Source of the DNA: an uncultured Acidimicrobiaceae bacterium
GTDB taxonomy: Bacteria > Actinomycetota > Acidimicrobiia > Acidimicrobiales > UBA8190
Length of the DNA stretch: 64,000 bases
Direction: 5' to 3'
Assembly: GCA_963842145.1 (NCBI GenBank)
Contig: CAWJFJ010000012.1
Span: forward strand, 227,060 to 291,059
Position 1 is the first letter of the stretch; each line of letters begins with the position of its first letter. Positions 29,305 through 38,789 of the stretch are shown here, piece after piece. Position numbers and translations under genes: made by a program. The notes beneath the pieces are model-generated. The model was not told the DNA's origin, did not search any database, and was given only the letters and a program-made list of their open reading frames with translations.

Positions 29305-29395
29305 CGGAACTGCCGGTGATATGCCGGGTGTCACGGGCGAGAAGGAGGCCAGGGCAGCGCAGTATCACGCGGCGCTAGCGATCCCGGGCGGGTCC
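29305..29395 (+). repeat. Dispersed intergenic repeat, short-form copy B
   Basis: CGGAACTGCCGGTGAT from 29305 and GCGCAGTATCACGCGGCGCTAGCGATCCCGGGCGGGTCC at 29357-29395. Block spacing is 54 nt. Confidence 0.7.
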
Positions 29396-29978
29396 CTCCG
29401 GACCGGGGCATCTTCACGCGGCACGTCTCGCCGGCGACACTCCGATCCACGATTCGCACGGGATCGCCAGTGTTGTACCGGATCCCAACGTCCGGTCGTG
29501 ACGGAAGCCAACCTATATTGCTGAGGTCCGCCGATCCGGAGCACGGCGCCCCGGACCGGGCAATCTATCGGTCGCCACCGGGCACGATACTCGTGAAACT
29601 GCTGGTCGTCCTCAATTTTGCTCCAGCCGGCCTGTACCTGTGTCGATAAGGCTCCGGTGAAGGGAGAAGAGGCGCAGGTGGCTGTCCCGCCGGTCCAATG
29701 CGACAGCGCGCGACCCGTCGTGACCACCGCGCCCCACGCGAATCAAGGTGGGCCCGCGCCCACCGTCTTGTTGTACACGATTCAGGCATTCGCATTGGTG
29801 ATCGTGATGGTGGCTCGCCATTTCGGGATCGTGGCAAACGAACCCTGGTGGGCGTACGCGAGCCGCGATCGCCGGCTCGTCGCTGATCAGTCGACGGCTT
29901 GATCGGTGGTCGTTTGCACCTCGCGGATCGTGGCGCCTTCATGTTCGTGTATGCGTCCACGCGGTCACAGTCCTGGCC

Positions 29979-31988
29979 GTGATCTACCTGACCGGTTGGG
30001 GTCCAGCGCTGGGCCTGTGCTTCGTCTATGCCGCGCTGGTGGATTTGCAGCAGTCCGGCCCGTCGTCGTGGCGGGCAGTACTCGGGTGGTCGTTGGTCTG
30101 CTGCGCGGCGGGTCAGCTCTCGGTGTTCGAAGGTTGGATGCCCTCGTTTCTAGGCCATTCAGAAGCTCAGTCGTTGGGATTCTTGGGTGCGATCGCATTT
30201 TCGATCGTGATCATTATGGCCGGTGCCATTGGTGAATCGAAGCAATGCTCGGATGACTTGCTTGCCCGCGCCCGGGACGAAGCACTAAGCAGGGAAGCCC
30301 AATACAAGGCGGTCGTCGACAACGCGGCCGAAGGAATTCTGACCTTTGCCCTGGACGGATCAGTTCTGTCGTTCAATCGGGCTGCGCAAGCGATATTCGG
30401 CTGGAACGAGGCAGAAATTGTAGGACGGCCTGCCTCTACCTTGGTGCCATCAGAGCTCCACGATGCGCTCGGACAGTTCCTCGCAACCTGCGAGGAAACA
30501 GGAACGGCCGCTGGTCAGAGTAACGATATTGAAATTGCTGGTGTGCGACGCGATGGGACGCAGTTCCCGATGGTGGTTTCCACGAGCGCGATCACCGGTT
30601 CAGCGAATGCGATATTCATTTCGGGAGTCGTTCGAGATTTGTCGGAACAAAAGGCCCTTGAGGCGCAGCTCACTTTTCAGGCGATGCACGATTCGCTCAC
30701 GGGTCTAGCCAATCGGATGATGTTAACCGATCGGCTCGACCAGACCCTCGCCCGGGTCCGACGGCACGGCCGCATGTGTGGTGTGTTCTATGTCGATCTG
30801 GACCGGTTCAAAGCCGTGAACGATACCCTGGGTCACTCGGTCGGTGACCAGCTACTCACCGAGGCCGCCGTTCGAATTACGACCGCGGTGCGTGAGTTGG
30901 ACACAGTTGCACGTCTGGGGGGCGATGAGTTCGTGGTGCTGTGCGAGGACATCGAGGGGATTCATCATGCAACTGAAGTGGCAGAGCGCATTATTGGGAT
31001 CTTCCAATCGCCTTTCCGGCTCGGGGGCGAGAACATCAGCGTCAGTGCCAGCGTCGGCATCGCATTGTCCACCGACGGGGTAGAGACAGCAGAAGCGATC
31101 CTCGCCAACGCCGACACTGCGATGTACCGGGCCAAAAGCAACGGACGAGGCTGCTTTCAACTCTTTGACCAGACCATGCAAGACTGGGTCATCGAGCAGG
31201 CCGCGCTTGAAGCCGCCCTCCGTCAGGCCGTCCCTCGCGGCGAGCTTGTGCTCTACGGCCAGCCTATTGTCGAAGCCCAAACGGGCCTCATCGAAGGATT
31301 CGAGGTTCTCGTACGCTGGGAGCGTCCCGGTTTCGGCCTTCTTGGCCCCTACGGTTTCATCACGACGGCGGAAGAGACAGGCTTAATACTCGAGATTGGG
31401 TCCTGGGTTCTTGACCAAGCCTGCCTTCATGCAGCAACGTGGGCGAAACGCTGGCCTGACCGGCGCCTCCCTGTCGCCGTCAACATCTCAGGTCGTCAAC
31501 TGTTGGCGGGGGACATCGTCAAAATCGTTGCCGGGACACTGGCTCGAACGAGCCTCGACCCGACCCTGCTTACCCTGGAGCTCACAGAAAGTACCCTCAT
31601 TGACGACGCGACCACCGTCGAGCCAATCCTGCGCTCGCTCCGGGACCTCGGCGTCAACCTGGCGCTCGATGATTTCGGTACCGGCTACTCGTCACTCAGC
31701 TACCTTCGTGCCTTTCCCTTCAATATCGTGAAGATCGATCAATCCTTTATACGGACGATCGGGACAAGACAAGAAGATGCCGCCATCGTGGCAGCCGTCA
31801 TCGGACTCGCTAAGAATCTTGGCCTCGACGTTGTCGCCGAAGGTGTGGAAACACAAGAGCAACTCGCCGCTCTAAGAGAGCTCGCCTGCCACCATTTGCA
31901 GGGATACCTCTTCGCCAAACCGCAGCCCATTCTCCGGGTCACCGAGCTTCTTGAGACACCAATGCTAACGTTCGCCAACGTCGAATGA
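29979..31988 (+). CDS. Membrane-anchored PAS-GGDEF-EAL protein
   Basis: TM helices at the N-terminus, a PAS segment (AEGILTFALDGSVLSFNRAAQAIFGW), RLGGDEFVV and EVLVRWERP...DDFGTGYSSL. The N-terminus may extend upstream in other frames (TM-like LLYTIQAFALVIVMV at about 29770). Confidence 0.85.
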   Translation: MIYLTGWGPALGLCFVYAALVDLQQSGPSSWRAVLGWSLVCCAAGQLSVFEGWMPSFLGHSEAQSLGFLGAIAFSIVIIMAGAIGESKQCSDDLLARARDEALSREAQYKAVVDNAAEGILTFALDGSVLSFNRAAQAIFGWNEAEIVGRPASTLVPSELHDALGQFLATCEETGTAAGQSNDIEIAGVRRDGTQFPMVVSTSAITGSANAIFISGVVRDLSEQKALEAQLTFQAMHDSLTGLANRMMLTDRLDQTLARVRRHGRMCGVFYVDLDRFKAVNDTLGHSVGDQLLTEAAVRITTAVRELDTVARLGGDEFVVLCEDIEGIHHATEVAERIIGIFQSPFRLGGENISVSASVGIALSTDGVETAEAILANADTAMYRAKSNGRGCFQLFDQTMQDWVIEQAALEAALRQAVPRGELVLYGQPIVEAQTGLIEGFEVLVRWERPGFGLLGPYGFITTAEETGLILEIGSWVLDQACLHAATWAKRWPDRRLPVAVNISGRQLLAGDIVKIVAGTLARTSLDPTLLTLELTESTLIDDATTVEPILRSLRDLGVNLALDDFGTGYSSLSYLRAFPFNIVKIDQSFIRTIGTRQEDAAIVAAVIGLAKNLGLDVVAEGVETQEQLAALRELACHHLQGYLFAKPQPILRVTELLETPMLTFANVE

Positions 31989-32014
31989 AGGAACGTTGTT
32001 GACAATCTCACGGT

Positions 32015-32474
32015 GACAATCGGGAGCGTCCTCTCGGCCCGGGTGGGTTAACCGGAGGCGACGTTGCTAGCGCCACCGACCGCAACCACGGAACCGATGC
32101 CGAGGCCATCGACATCACATTTGATCCACAAGAGACCTCCTACCGTGCGCTGCTCGAGTGTTTCTTCCAGATTCGTGACCCGAACACACTCAACCACCAA
32201 GGCAACGACATCGGCGATCGGCACGAGCCACCGATCGGTGATCTTCTACCTCGACGACGGGCAACTGTGGGTCGCTCGAGACACCATCGCCGGAGTCGAA
32301 GCGTCTGGACTATGGCCCGGCAAAGTGATCACCGAGTTCGCGCCGGCAGGTCCGTGTTTGGAGGCAGAACCCGAACACCAGGACTATCTGGAGCACTACC
32401 CGGACGGATATACCTGCCATGGCCCGCGCCCCGGCTGGGTGCTGCCCCATCGAAGCGACGCCGTCGCCCGATAG
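32015..32474 (+). pseudogene. msrA: Peptide methionine sulfoxide reductase MsrA remnant (N-terminally truncated, frameshifted)
   Basis: [54 protein letters not shown], then TSHRSVIFY...[19 protein letters not shown] in another frame. The extra 7 nt GATCGGC at about 32211-32217 looks like a local duplication. A one-base gap at GGTTAACC near 32047 breaks VGYTGG. The catalytic GCFWG region is absent. Confidence 0.75.
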
Positions 32475-32764
32475 GGAATAGGCACTGATGGGGGCGGCAC
32501 AGAGTTTCGTTCGGCGCCCGCGGTACCTCGCCTCCCTCTGACCGCGGCGGAGCCGTCAGGCGCGCGACGAGATCCTCGGCTGTAGGCGTCACCGATAGGG
32601 AAGTCATGGGTTGGAGGACGCACGGCGCTCATCGCTCTCCTGGTATCCCTGCTACTTATCTGTGTGGGACCCGGACGGTGTCGCACTCGGGCTTCGCCGA
32701 CGCGCGCCAGGCGACGGCGACGGCGACGGCATGTCGGGGGCAGCCCGCCGCGAGGATGCCGCCC

Positions 32765-32785
32765 GTAGACCCCCCGGGGGGGTCT
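32765..32785. repeat. GC palindrome TAGACCCCCC/GGGGGGGTCTA
   Basis: Near-perfect 10-bp arms with no loop. A second 12-bp perfect palindrome, TGACCCGGGTCA, lies at 32806-32817. Confidence 0.9.
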
Positions 32786-33239
32786 AACTTGCGGCCGCCC
32801 TATCGGTGACCCGGGTCATTTGGTTGACACTCCCCCCGCCTCCGAAACCCCGGCGTCTCCCCGCATCCGGGCAGGTCAGAGGGCAGGAATGTACATGGGG
32901 GAATTGGGCCGCGAACGAGGCCCGGAAGTGCCTCCGTGGGCACCGCCCCGACAGGTCGGGGGTCCCGACGCGTTAGGCCATGGCGATCAGCTCCGATCAG
33001 AAGGAGCGGACATGCCGCTCGTCGTTCCCGTATGGCCGCCGGGCGCCCAGACTTATCTCGGTGCGCGGAGACGGAGCTCCGGTCACATGATGATGGGTAG
33101 GGGTACCCCACAGAGGGGGGGTTGCCGCCGCTCAGTTCTTTCGGGCCGGCCGGGACCAGGGCCCCGGCGGCAGTAGCTGCGCGGGAGCCGGCGGCAACAT
33201 CGACAACAGGCGCGGTGGCCACACGGGGGGAGAGGCAGA

Positions 33240-34289
33240 TCAGGCGGCCGGCGCCAGGGCGTCGTCCCCCAGGTCTCGGAGCGTGTGGAAGCAGCGCCGG
33301 CTGAGCTTCCGACCGACCGAGAGGGCGGCCCGTTCGGGCCCCAGGCGGTCGCGGACCCGAAGGTAGTACTGGTGGTCGGGCGAGGTGCGCTTGGCCGCCG
33401 ACATGGCGGCTTCATAGAGAGCCCAGCGCAAGATGGCCGGGCCCTGGCGGGCCAGATGTCCCTGGGCCCGTTGCGAGTCCGAGGCCCAGACCGTGACGTC
33501 CAGGCCGGCGTGGCGCACGGCGTCGGACGAGGATCCGAATCGCCGGCAGTCGCCCATCTCCTCCCAGACGGCCACCGACAGCAGGGCGCCGATTCCGTAG
33601 TGGCCCTGGAGGGCCCGGCACCCGATCTGGCGACGGCCGAAGGCCACCAAGTCGCCGCGCAGGCGACCGAGCTCGGTGTCCAGCCGGTCGATCTGATCGA
33701 GGACCACCGCCACGGCCTCCCGCCCCGAGGAGCTGAGATCGGCCCTCTCCAGATGGGCCTGGCCGTCGGCGTCGAGCAGGTGGCAGGCGAGGGCGGGCAC
33801 CCCCTGATGGAACAGCGTGGCCCGGATCCGCTGCATCCAGGCCCGGCGCTCGTCGGCCAACGCCTTGTACAGCCGGACCCGGGCCCGGACCTCGAGGACG
33901 TGGTCCGGGGGGATCCAGGACTCGGGCAACCGGCCCATGGCCAGCAGCTCCCGAAGGAGCCGGGCGTCGGCCCGGTCGGTCTTGGCCCGTTGCTTCCGGC
34001 CGCGCTCTCGGGCCGTGTCGGCCGGCTCGGCCAGATGGGCACGGGCCCCCACCCGCTCGAGCTCCTCGGCCACGAAGCGCCAGCCGGTGCAGCCCTCCAG
34101 GGCGAAGTCCACGTCGCCGCGCTCCTCGAAGCGCTCGAGCCACGACCGCACCTGCTGGCGGTCGGCGGGGGCGATCTTGCCCCGGCTCACCTCTCCCGTG
34201 CCGGTGTCCAGATAGTCGAACGTGATCTGCCGGCAAGGTCAAGATGGGATGACTGTCTTTGCTCGCGAAGCTGTAGCTTCTCGCCACAT
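33240..34289 (-). pseudogene. IS110-family transposase 2, with an in-frame TGA near the 5-prime end
   Basis: ORF 33240..34190 has FALEGCTGWRFVAEEL, RAKTDRADARLL and HYGIGALLSVAVWEEMGDCRRF. The in-frame upstream ATG at 34289 (MWREATASRAKTVIPS) is separated from it by a TGA at 34239-34241. Confidence 0.8.
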
Positions 34290-34707
34290 CAGGCCAAGCG
34301 TGGATCCTCCTTTTCCTCCGTGGGGGGAGGGATCTGCACTCCGCCGGCCGATCGCAAAGTGTCCTTTCCGACCCGAGTACGGCTCAACGACGAAGGTCGG
34401 TGCAAATAGCGCATAATCGGGGATCCCGATAGGGGCTCTTTCTCGGTGGAGCGGGTCGCGCTTGCCCAGAGTAGCGAGCCCCGGTTAGCGGCGACACGAG
34501 CCATATTCGCGGCCGAGAGCGATACAGTACCGATCAGGGTCTGAGCGGCATCACCTTGACGTTTACGCAAGCCGGCATTTGCGCGTGTTTCCGCGACCTC
34601 CTTTGGGGCTGTCACAAGGCTGTGTCGTGGACCGTAGGTGAAGTGCGCACCAAGTCTTCGTCGACCTTGCTCACCTCGCCGCTAGCGGCTTCCGAGCGAT
34701 CTGACGC

Positions 34708-36513
34708 TCAAGGCCCGGGGCTCTTCGGGCCGAGGCCCGTCACGGCCTCGCCCACGGACGGGAAGAAATGGTCCTCGCCGATTCGGTCGAACAGACCACT
34801 TCGACGCAGACTCTCGCGCACGTGCTGTCCGGCACGGGCCATTGCAAACGCGACGTGGTCGCGGGCGAGGTCGTCGAGCACCTCCCCAAGCTCTTGCGCG
34901 CCCGTGTAGTCGATGTCGCTCATCCCGAGGGCGTCGAGGACAACCAACTGCGGTGCCCCGACCGCACGTGTGAGCGAGGTCTCCAGCTGGGTGCGAAAGT
35001 GCACCGCGTTCGCATACCACAGCGGAGTGGCGAACTGCAGCACGAGCACGCCGGGAACCTGGGCCGCGTGCTCCTCGGTGCTGAGCGGTGCCCAACTCGT
35101 CGTGCCCGGGATGCGACCGAGTACGTGAAGCTGCGGGCGGGCGCTCAGACGGGTGCGGTCGAGGATCGCCAAGCCCACGGCCACGCCAATGCCCTGCTCG
35201 ACGCCGACGAGGGCGACGGTCAGCATGGTGACCACCGCCAGCGCGAGCTCGAACCGGTCGAAGCGGGCAATGGCCCGAACGTCGCGCACGTGGAAGATCC
35301 GAATGGCCACGAAGATCAGCACCGCGGCGAGCGTCGCCAGAGGCACGTCCTTGAGGAGTCCCGCGGCGGGAACGAGCAGGACCACGGCCGCCGCCGCGCC
35401 GAGGCCGGCGGCCTGGGTGCGACCGGACGCCGAGGCGACCGCAGCGGTCCTCGGCGGGCTGGCGTTCACGGGGAAGGATCCGAAGAGGCCCGCCACGATG
35501 TTCCCGGCTCCGACTCCGAGGAAGTCCCGGCCTACGGCCACCTGGTAGCCGCTTTTGCCGGAAAAGGCGCGGGTGGTCGCGGCCGATTGGCTCACCACCA
35601 CGAGGGCGACCACCGCCGCGATCGGAGCCACGCTCCGCAGCGCCGACCACGACAGGCCGACCAGGCCCACCCGGGGCGCACCGTGCGCCACCATGCCGAG
35701 CACGGCCACACCGTGGGCCTGGAGCCCCAGCGCCCCCACGACCACCGTCGAGCCGATGAGCCCCACCAGGGCGCCGGGAAGCCTCCTATCGACACGCTCT
35801 GCTACCACCACGATGGCGAGGACGACGGCGCCGATGCCCAGTGCCCAGCCGTTGGTGTCCCCGAGGTGGGTAGCCACCACCCCTATCCGGTGCAGCGTCG
35901 ACCCGCTTGCCGCCGAGAGGCCGAAAAAATCCGGCAACTGGTGGACGACGATGATGACGGCCACCCCGGCGAGAAATCCGGTGATGATCGGGGCCGACAG
36001 GAACTCCGCGATCCACCCCAGACCGAGGAGGCCCACAAGGGCCACCAGCACCCCGACTGTCACCGCGAGGATCCCGACGAGGTCGACGTAGCGAGGGGAG
36101 CCGATCGGCGCCAGGTGGGCGATCCCGACTGCGAAGAGTGGGGCGATAGTGGAGTCGGCACCGACGGACATCTGCGGGTTCGAACCGAGCAGGGCGAAGA
36201 CCAAGGTGCCCGCCACGAAGGCGTAGAAGCCGGTAATCGGCGGCATGCCGGCGAGCCGGGAAGTGGCCAGTTGCTCGGGGACAGCGATCACGAGCAGCGT
36301 GACCGCAGCGAGCAGGTCGGGTGTGGCCCACGACCGGCGGTACCCGCGCAGCGAGGAGAAGACGACCGCTGGCAGTCGCCAGTGTTGGTGCTCTCGGGCG
36401 CGACCGGGCCCTCCCGGCGTCCCGGTCAACGCCTTCCCGAGCCGACTGACTCCTCGGGGCTCCCCCCGACCCTGCATGGCACCGGGGTCATCATCGCGTA
36501 TCGCCGCGCCCAC
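34708..36513 (-). CDS. SulP-family anion permease with C-terminal STAS domain
   Basis: LLAAVTLLVIAVPEQLATSRLAGMPPITGFYAF and many TM helices. The STAS-like tail includes LVVLDALGMSDIDYTGAQEL. Exact start uncertain. Confidence 0.85.
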   Translation of the reverse strand: MGAAIRDDDPGAMQGRGEPRGVSRLGKALTGTPGGPGRAREHQHWRLPAVVFSSLRGYRRSWATPDLLAAVTLLVIAVPEQLATSRLAGMPPITGFYAFVAGTLVFALLGSNPQMSVGADSTIAPLFAVGIAHLAPIGSPRYVDLVGILAVTVGVLVALVGLLGLGWIAEFLSAPIITGFLAGVAVIIVVHQLPDFFGLSAASGSTLHRIGVVATHLGDTNGWALGIGAVVLAIVVVAERVDRRLPGALVGLIGSTVVVGALGLQAHGVAVLGMVAHGAPRVGLVGLSWSALRSVAPIAAVVALVVVSQSAATTRAFSGKSGYQVAVGRDFLGVGAGNIVAGLFGSFPVNASPPRTAAVASASGRTQAAGLGAAAAVVLLVPAAGLLKDVPLATLAAVLIFVAIRIFHVRDVRAIARFDRFELALAVVTMLTVALVGVEQGIGVAVGLAILDRTRLSARPQLHVLGRIPGTTSWAPLSTEEHAAQVPGVLVLQFATPLWYANAVHFRTQLETSLTRAVGAPQLVVLDALGMSDIDYTGAQELGEVLDDLARDHVAFAMARAGQHVRESLRRSGLFDRIGEDHFFPSVGEAVTGLGPKSPGP

Positions 36514-37012
36514 TGATCGGGATCGCTTGCGGTACCCGGGGCGATCGACGCCATTGCCGAGGAGGACCGGACCATGCCGAGTACACGCTCGGCGGCAACG
36601 CCGAGGCGTGCCAGTGGATTGATCGTGTTGGCACCGGCGCCCTCCTCCCTAGCTGCCCAGAACCTTGGGCCGAGCACAGGAACCCCCCGAGCCTGCTGGT
36701 CCAGCTCGCGCTTTAGCGAGATCGATCCCCGTGCCTCCCAGCCCTCCAGAATGTCCCCGAAGGGCCGGTCGGTGAAACTCGCGCCTGACGATCTTGAGGG
36801 AGATGGATGCCGACAGCGGAACGGGCCAATATCGCGTCTGTGACGCCGAAATCAGCGCTCGGTTGCGGGCCCGTCGCTCAAGCCCGCCAAGCTGGCCAAC
36901 GGGTGCGGATGCGTGATCGCCAGGTGGTCGGTCATCATGGACACGTGACGCTGGTCAGACGAGAAGGACGCCCGAGCGCGCCACAGCCGCCCGACCATCG
37001 AAGGAGCCAGCC

Positions 37013-37474
37013 GTGTCAGACATCCTCAATGATCTCCCTGAGAGCCACCAAGACATTCTGCGGAAGACCCTGACCGCCACGCTTACCACCGTCGACGCAA
37101 AAGGCCGCCCACGGTCGACAGCTGTCTGGTACTTCGTAGACAGCGACGGCCAGTTGAAGAGTTCGATAACGTCCGACCGGCATCAGTACAAGGATCTGAG
37201 GCGAAATCCCAATTGCGATCTGTTCATCATCGATTTCCAGAACCCGCTCCGTACTCTTGAGGTACGCGCCGAGGCCGAGCTCGTCGCTGACCCCGACAAG
37301 GCCACGGTCCGCAAGTTGGCCAACGCCTACAGCCTTGACGAAGCCAAGCTGGTTCGCGATGAGGAGGACTGTTACACGGTCACCTATCGGCCTCGCAGGC
37401 TGGTCGCGCTCCGTTACAGGCTGGAGGACATCCTGTTCGGGCCTGTCGCTGGCGAACAGCCGCCTCGACACTAA
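37013..37474 (+). CDS. PPOX-class (probably F420-dependent) oxidoreductase family protein
   Basis: LTATLTTVDAKGRPRSTAVWYFVDSDGQLKSSITSDRHQYKDLRRNP. GTG start behind GAAGGAG. Confidence 0.7.
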   Translation: MSDILNDLPESHQDILRKTLTATLTTVDAKGRPRSTAVWYFVDSDGQLKSSITSDRHQYKDLRRNPNCDLFIIDFQNPLRTLEVRAEAELVADPDKATVRKLANAYSLDEAKLVRDEEDCYTVTYRPRRLVALRYRLEDILFGPVAGEQPPRH

Positions 37475-38004
37475 CCGTCCTGTATGTACCTGAAGTAGGG
37501 CGGTCAGACCAAATGGGAACCCGTCCGGGATCGCCACCGCTGAGTGATTGCGCGTAGGGCCGGTGGCGGCCGCTCATCCGACGACCGGGGTTTACCCGGC
37601 AATGCCGATCGGTCGCGACCCGAATTCTGGGCCTCTTTGGCCGTTGTTATGCGCTAGCGCCACCGGCGAGCGGATCGCCAATTATTTGTCCGTGCGTGAG
37701 TGATTTGTGACGATCGAATGTGTGCCAAGGTCGGGCGAGTATCGAGAGCGGCAGCAAGGAGATCCGTATACATGGCCATACTGATAACTCTTGCCACTCC
37801 TCAGGACCACTGTCAGGGGACAAGGACTCTAAAGGCTTGGACAAAGGGCCTCGGATCCCAGTTCTTGGAACCTCGAGAGCACGACGGGCGACATGGGTCC
37901 TTGGTCTCTTGACCCTGGGACTTTCGGCCCTATCGTCTTCGAGGAAGAGAAGGCACTCGTGAGGTCACGGAGCCCCCAAGGGCACGCGACAAGGAGGATT
38001 GACC

Positions 38005-38601
38005 GTGAAGCGCAAGACCTTTGACATGATCCTGACGGCTGGCGGAGGCGTCCTGGTTGTCGTCCTGCTCGCCGCCGGTGCGCTCGGCCTGTGGGGATAC
38101 AGCTTCGCCAACTCAAACGTCCACAACCAGCTGTCCGAGCAGCAGATCACGTTCCCGCCGGCGGTAGCGTTCGCTCACCCCAAGGCCGGCACCGAGATCA
38201 CCCCGTCGATGGTCGGAACCGTGAGCACGTACGCCGGGCAGCCGTTGGTCACGGGTCAAGAGGCGGAGGTGTATGCCGATAACTTCATCGCTGTGCACCT
38301 TCAGGAGATCGGCGGCGGCCAGACCTACGCCCAGCTCTCGGGCGCGGCCCTGGCCCTGCCGAAGGGTTCAGCCGCCTACACCGCAGCCGAGGCCAAGGTC
38401 CAGACGGTGTTCCAGGGCACGACCCTTCGTGGGCTGCTGCTCGAGGCCTACGCCTTCGGTACCTTCGGACAGATTGCGTTGGTCGCCGCCATCGTCTCCT
38501 TCATCCTGGCCGGCGTCATGCTGGTGCTGACGCTGTTCGGGCTACTGCACCTCCGTCGGGTTCCTGAAGACGCTGAGTTCCCGGCAGCGGGCAGGAAATA
38601 A
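38005..38601 (+). CDS. Conserved two-TM membrane protein, function unknown
   Basis: N-terminal helix ILTAGGGVLVVVLLAAGALGLWGY and C-terminal helix IALVAAIVSFILAGVMLVLTLFGLL. AGGAGG lies 7 nt before the GTG at 38005. Confidence 0.7.
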   Translation: MKRKTFDMILTAGGGVLVVVLLAAGALGLWGYSFANSNVHNQLSEQQITFPPAVAFAHPKAGTEITPSMVGTVSTYAGQPLVTGQEAEVYADNFIAVHLQEIGGGQTYAQLSGAALALPKGSAAYTAAEAKVQTVFQGTTLRGLLLEAYAFGTFGQIALVAAIVSFILAGVMLVLTLFGLLHLRRVPEDAEFPAAGRK

Positions 38602-38640
38602 CGTCCGCTCCGGCCTAATCACCATGCTCGTGGAGCACGC

Positions 38641-38675
38641 CCCACCCGGTCTCGAGATCTCGGAGACCGGGTGGG
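38641..38675 (+). terminator. Strong hairpin after the membrane-protein gene
   Basis: CCCACCCGGTCTC (38641-38653) pairs with GAGACCGGGTGGG (38663-38675) around a 9-nt loop, followed by TT. It lies 40 nt after the stop codon. Confidence 0.6.
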
Positions 38676-38789
38676 TTCGCGTCTGCGGGCGGAAGGAGCC
38701 TTCCGGCGTATCCGGCCCTTCTGACCCGCGATCACCGGTAGCGATGCGACGTGCATCTGGAGCATGGGGTCTTAACTTCACCTAAGAAT

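Noticed and set aside
22637-29330. The GGAAC at the start of repeat block 1 read as the -35 element of an ECF sigma-factor promoter (GGAAC-N17-GTT type).
   Set aside because: No consistent CGT/GTT -10 element lies at the right distance. Most copies lie downstream of gene 3-prime ends or point away from any gene.
32708-32730. The (GGCGAC)n microsatellite as a contingency locus.
   Set aside because: There are only about 3.5 units, it is intergenic, and no adjacent gene has a frame or promoter it could modulate.
36514-37012. Possible decayed gene between the SulP and PPOX genes (minus-strand FTDRPFGDILEGWEARGSISLKRELDQQ, and a 28-codon ORF MMTDHLAITHPHPLASLAGLSDGPATER).
   Set aside because: The fragments are short, have no start codon or recognisable family, and have low-complexity continuations. 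There is not enough evidence to call a feature.
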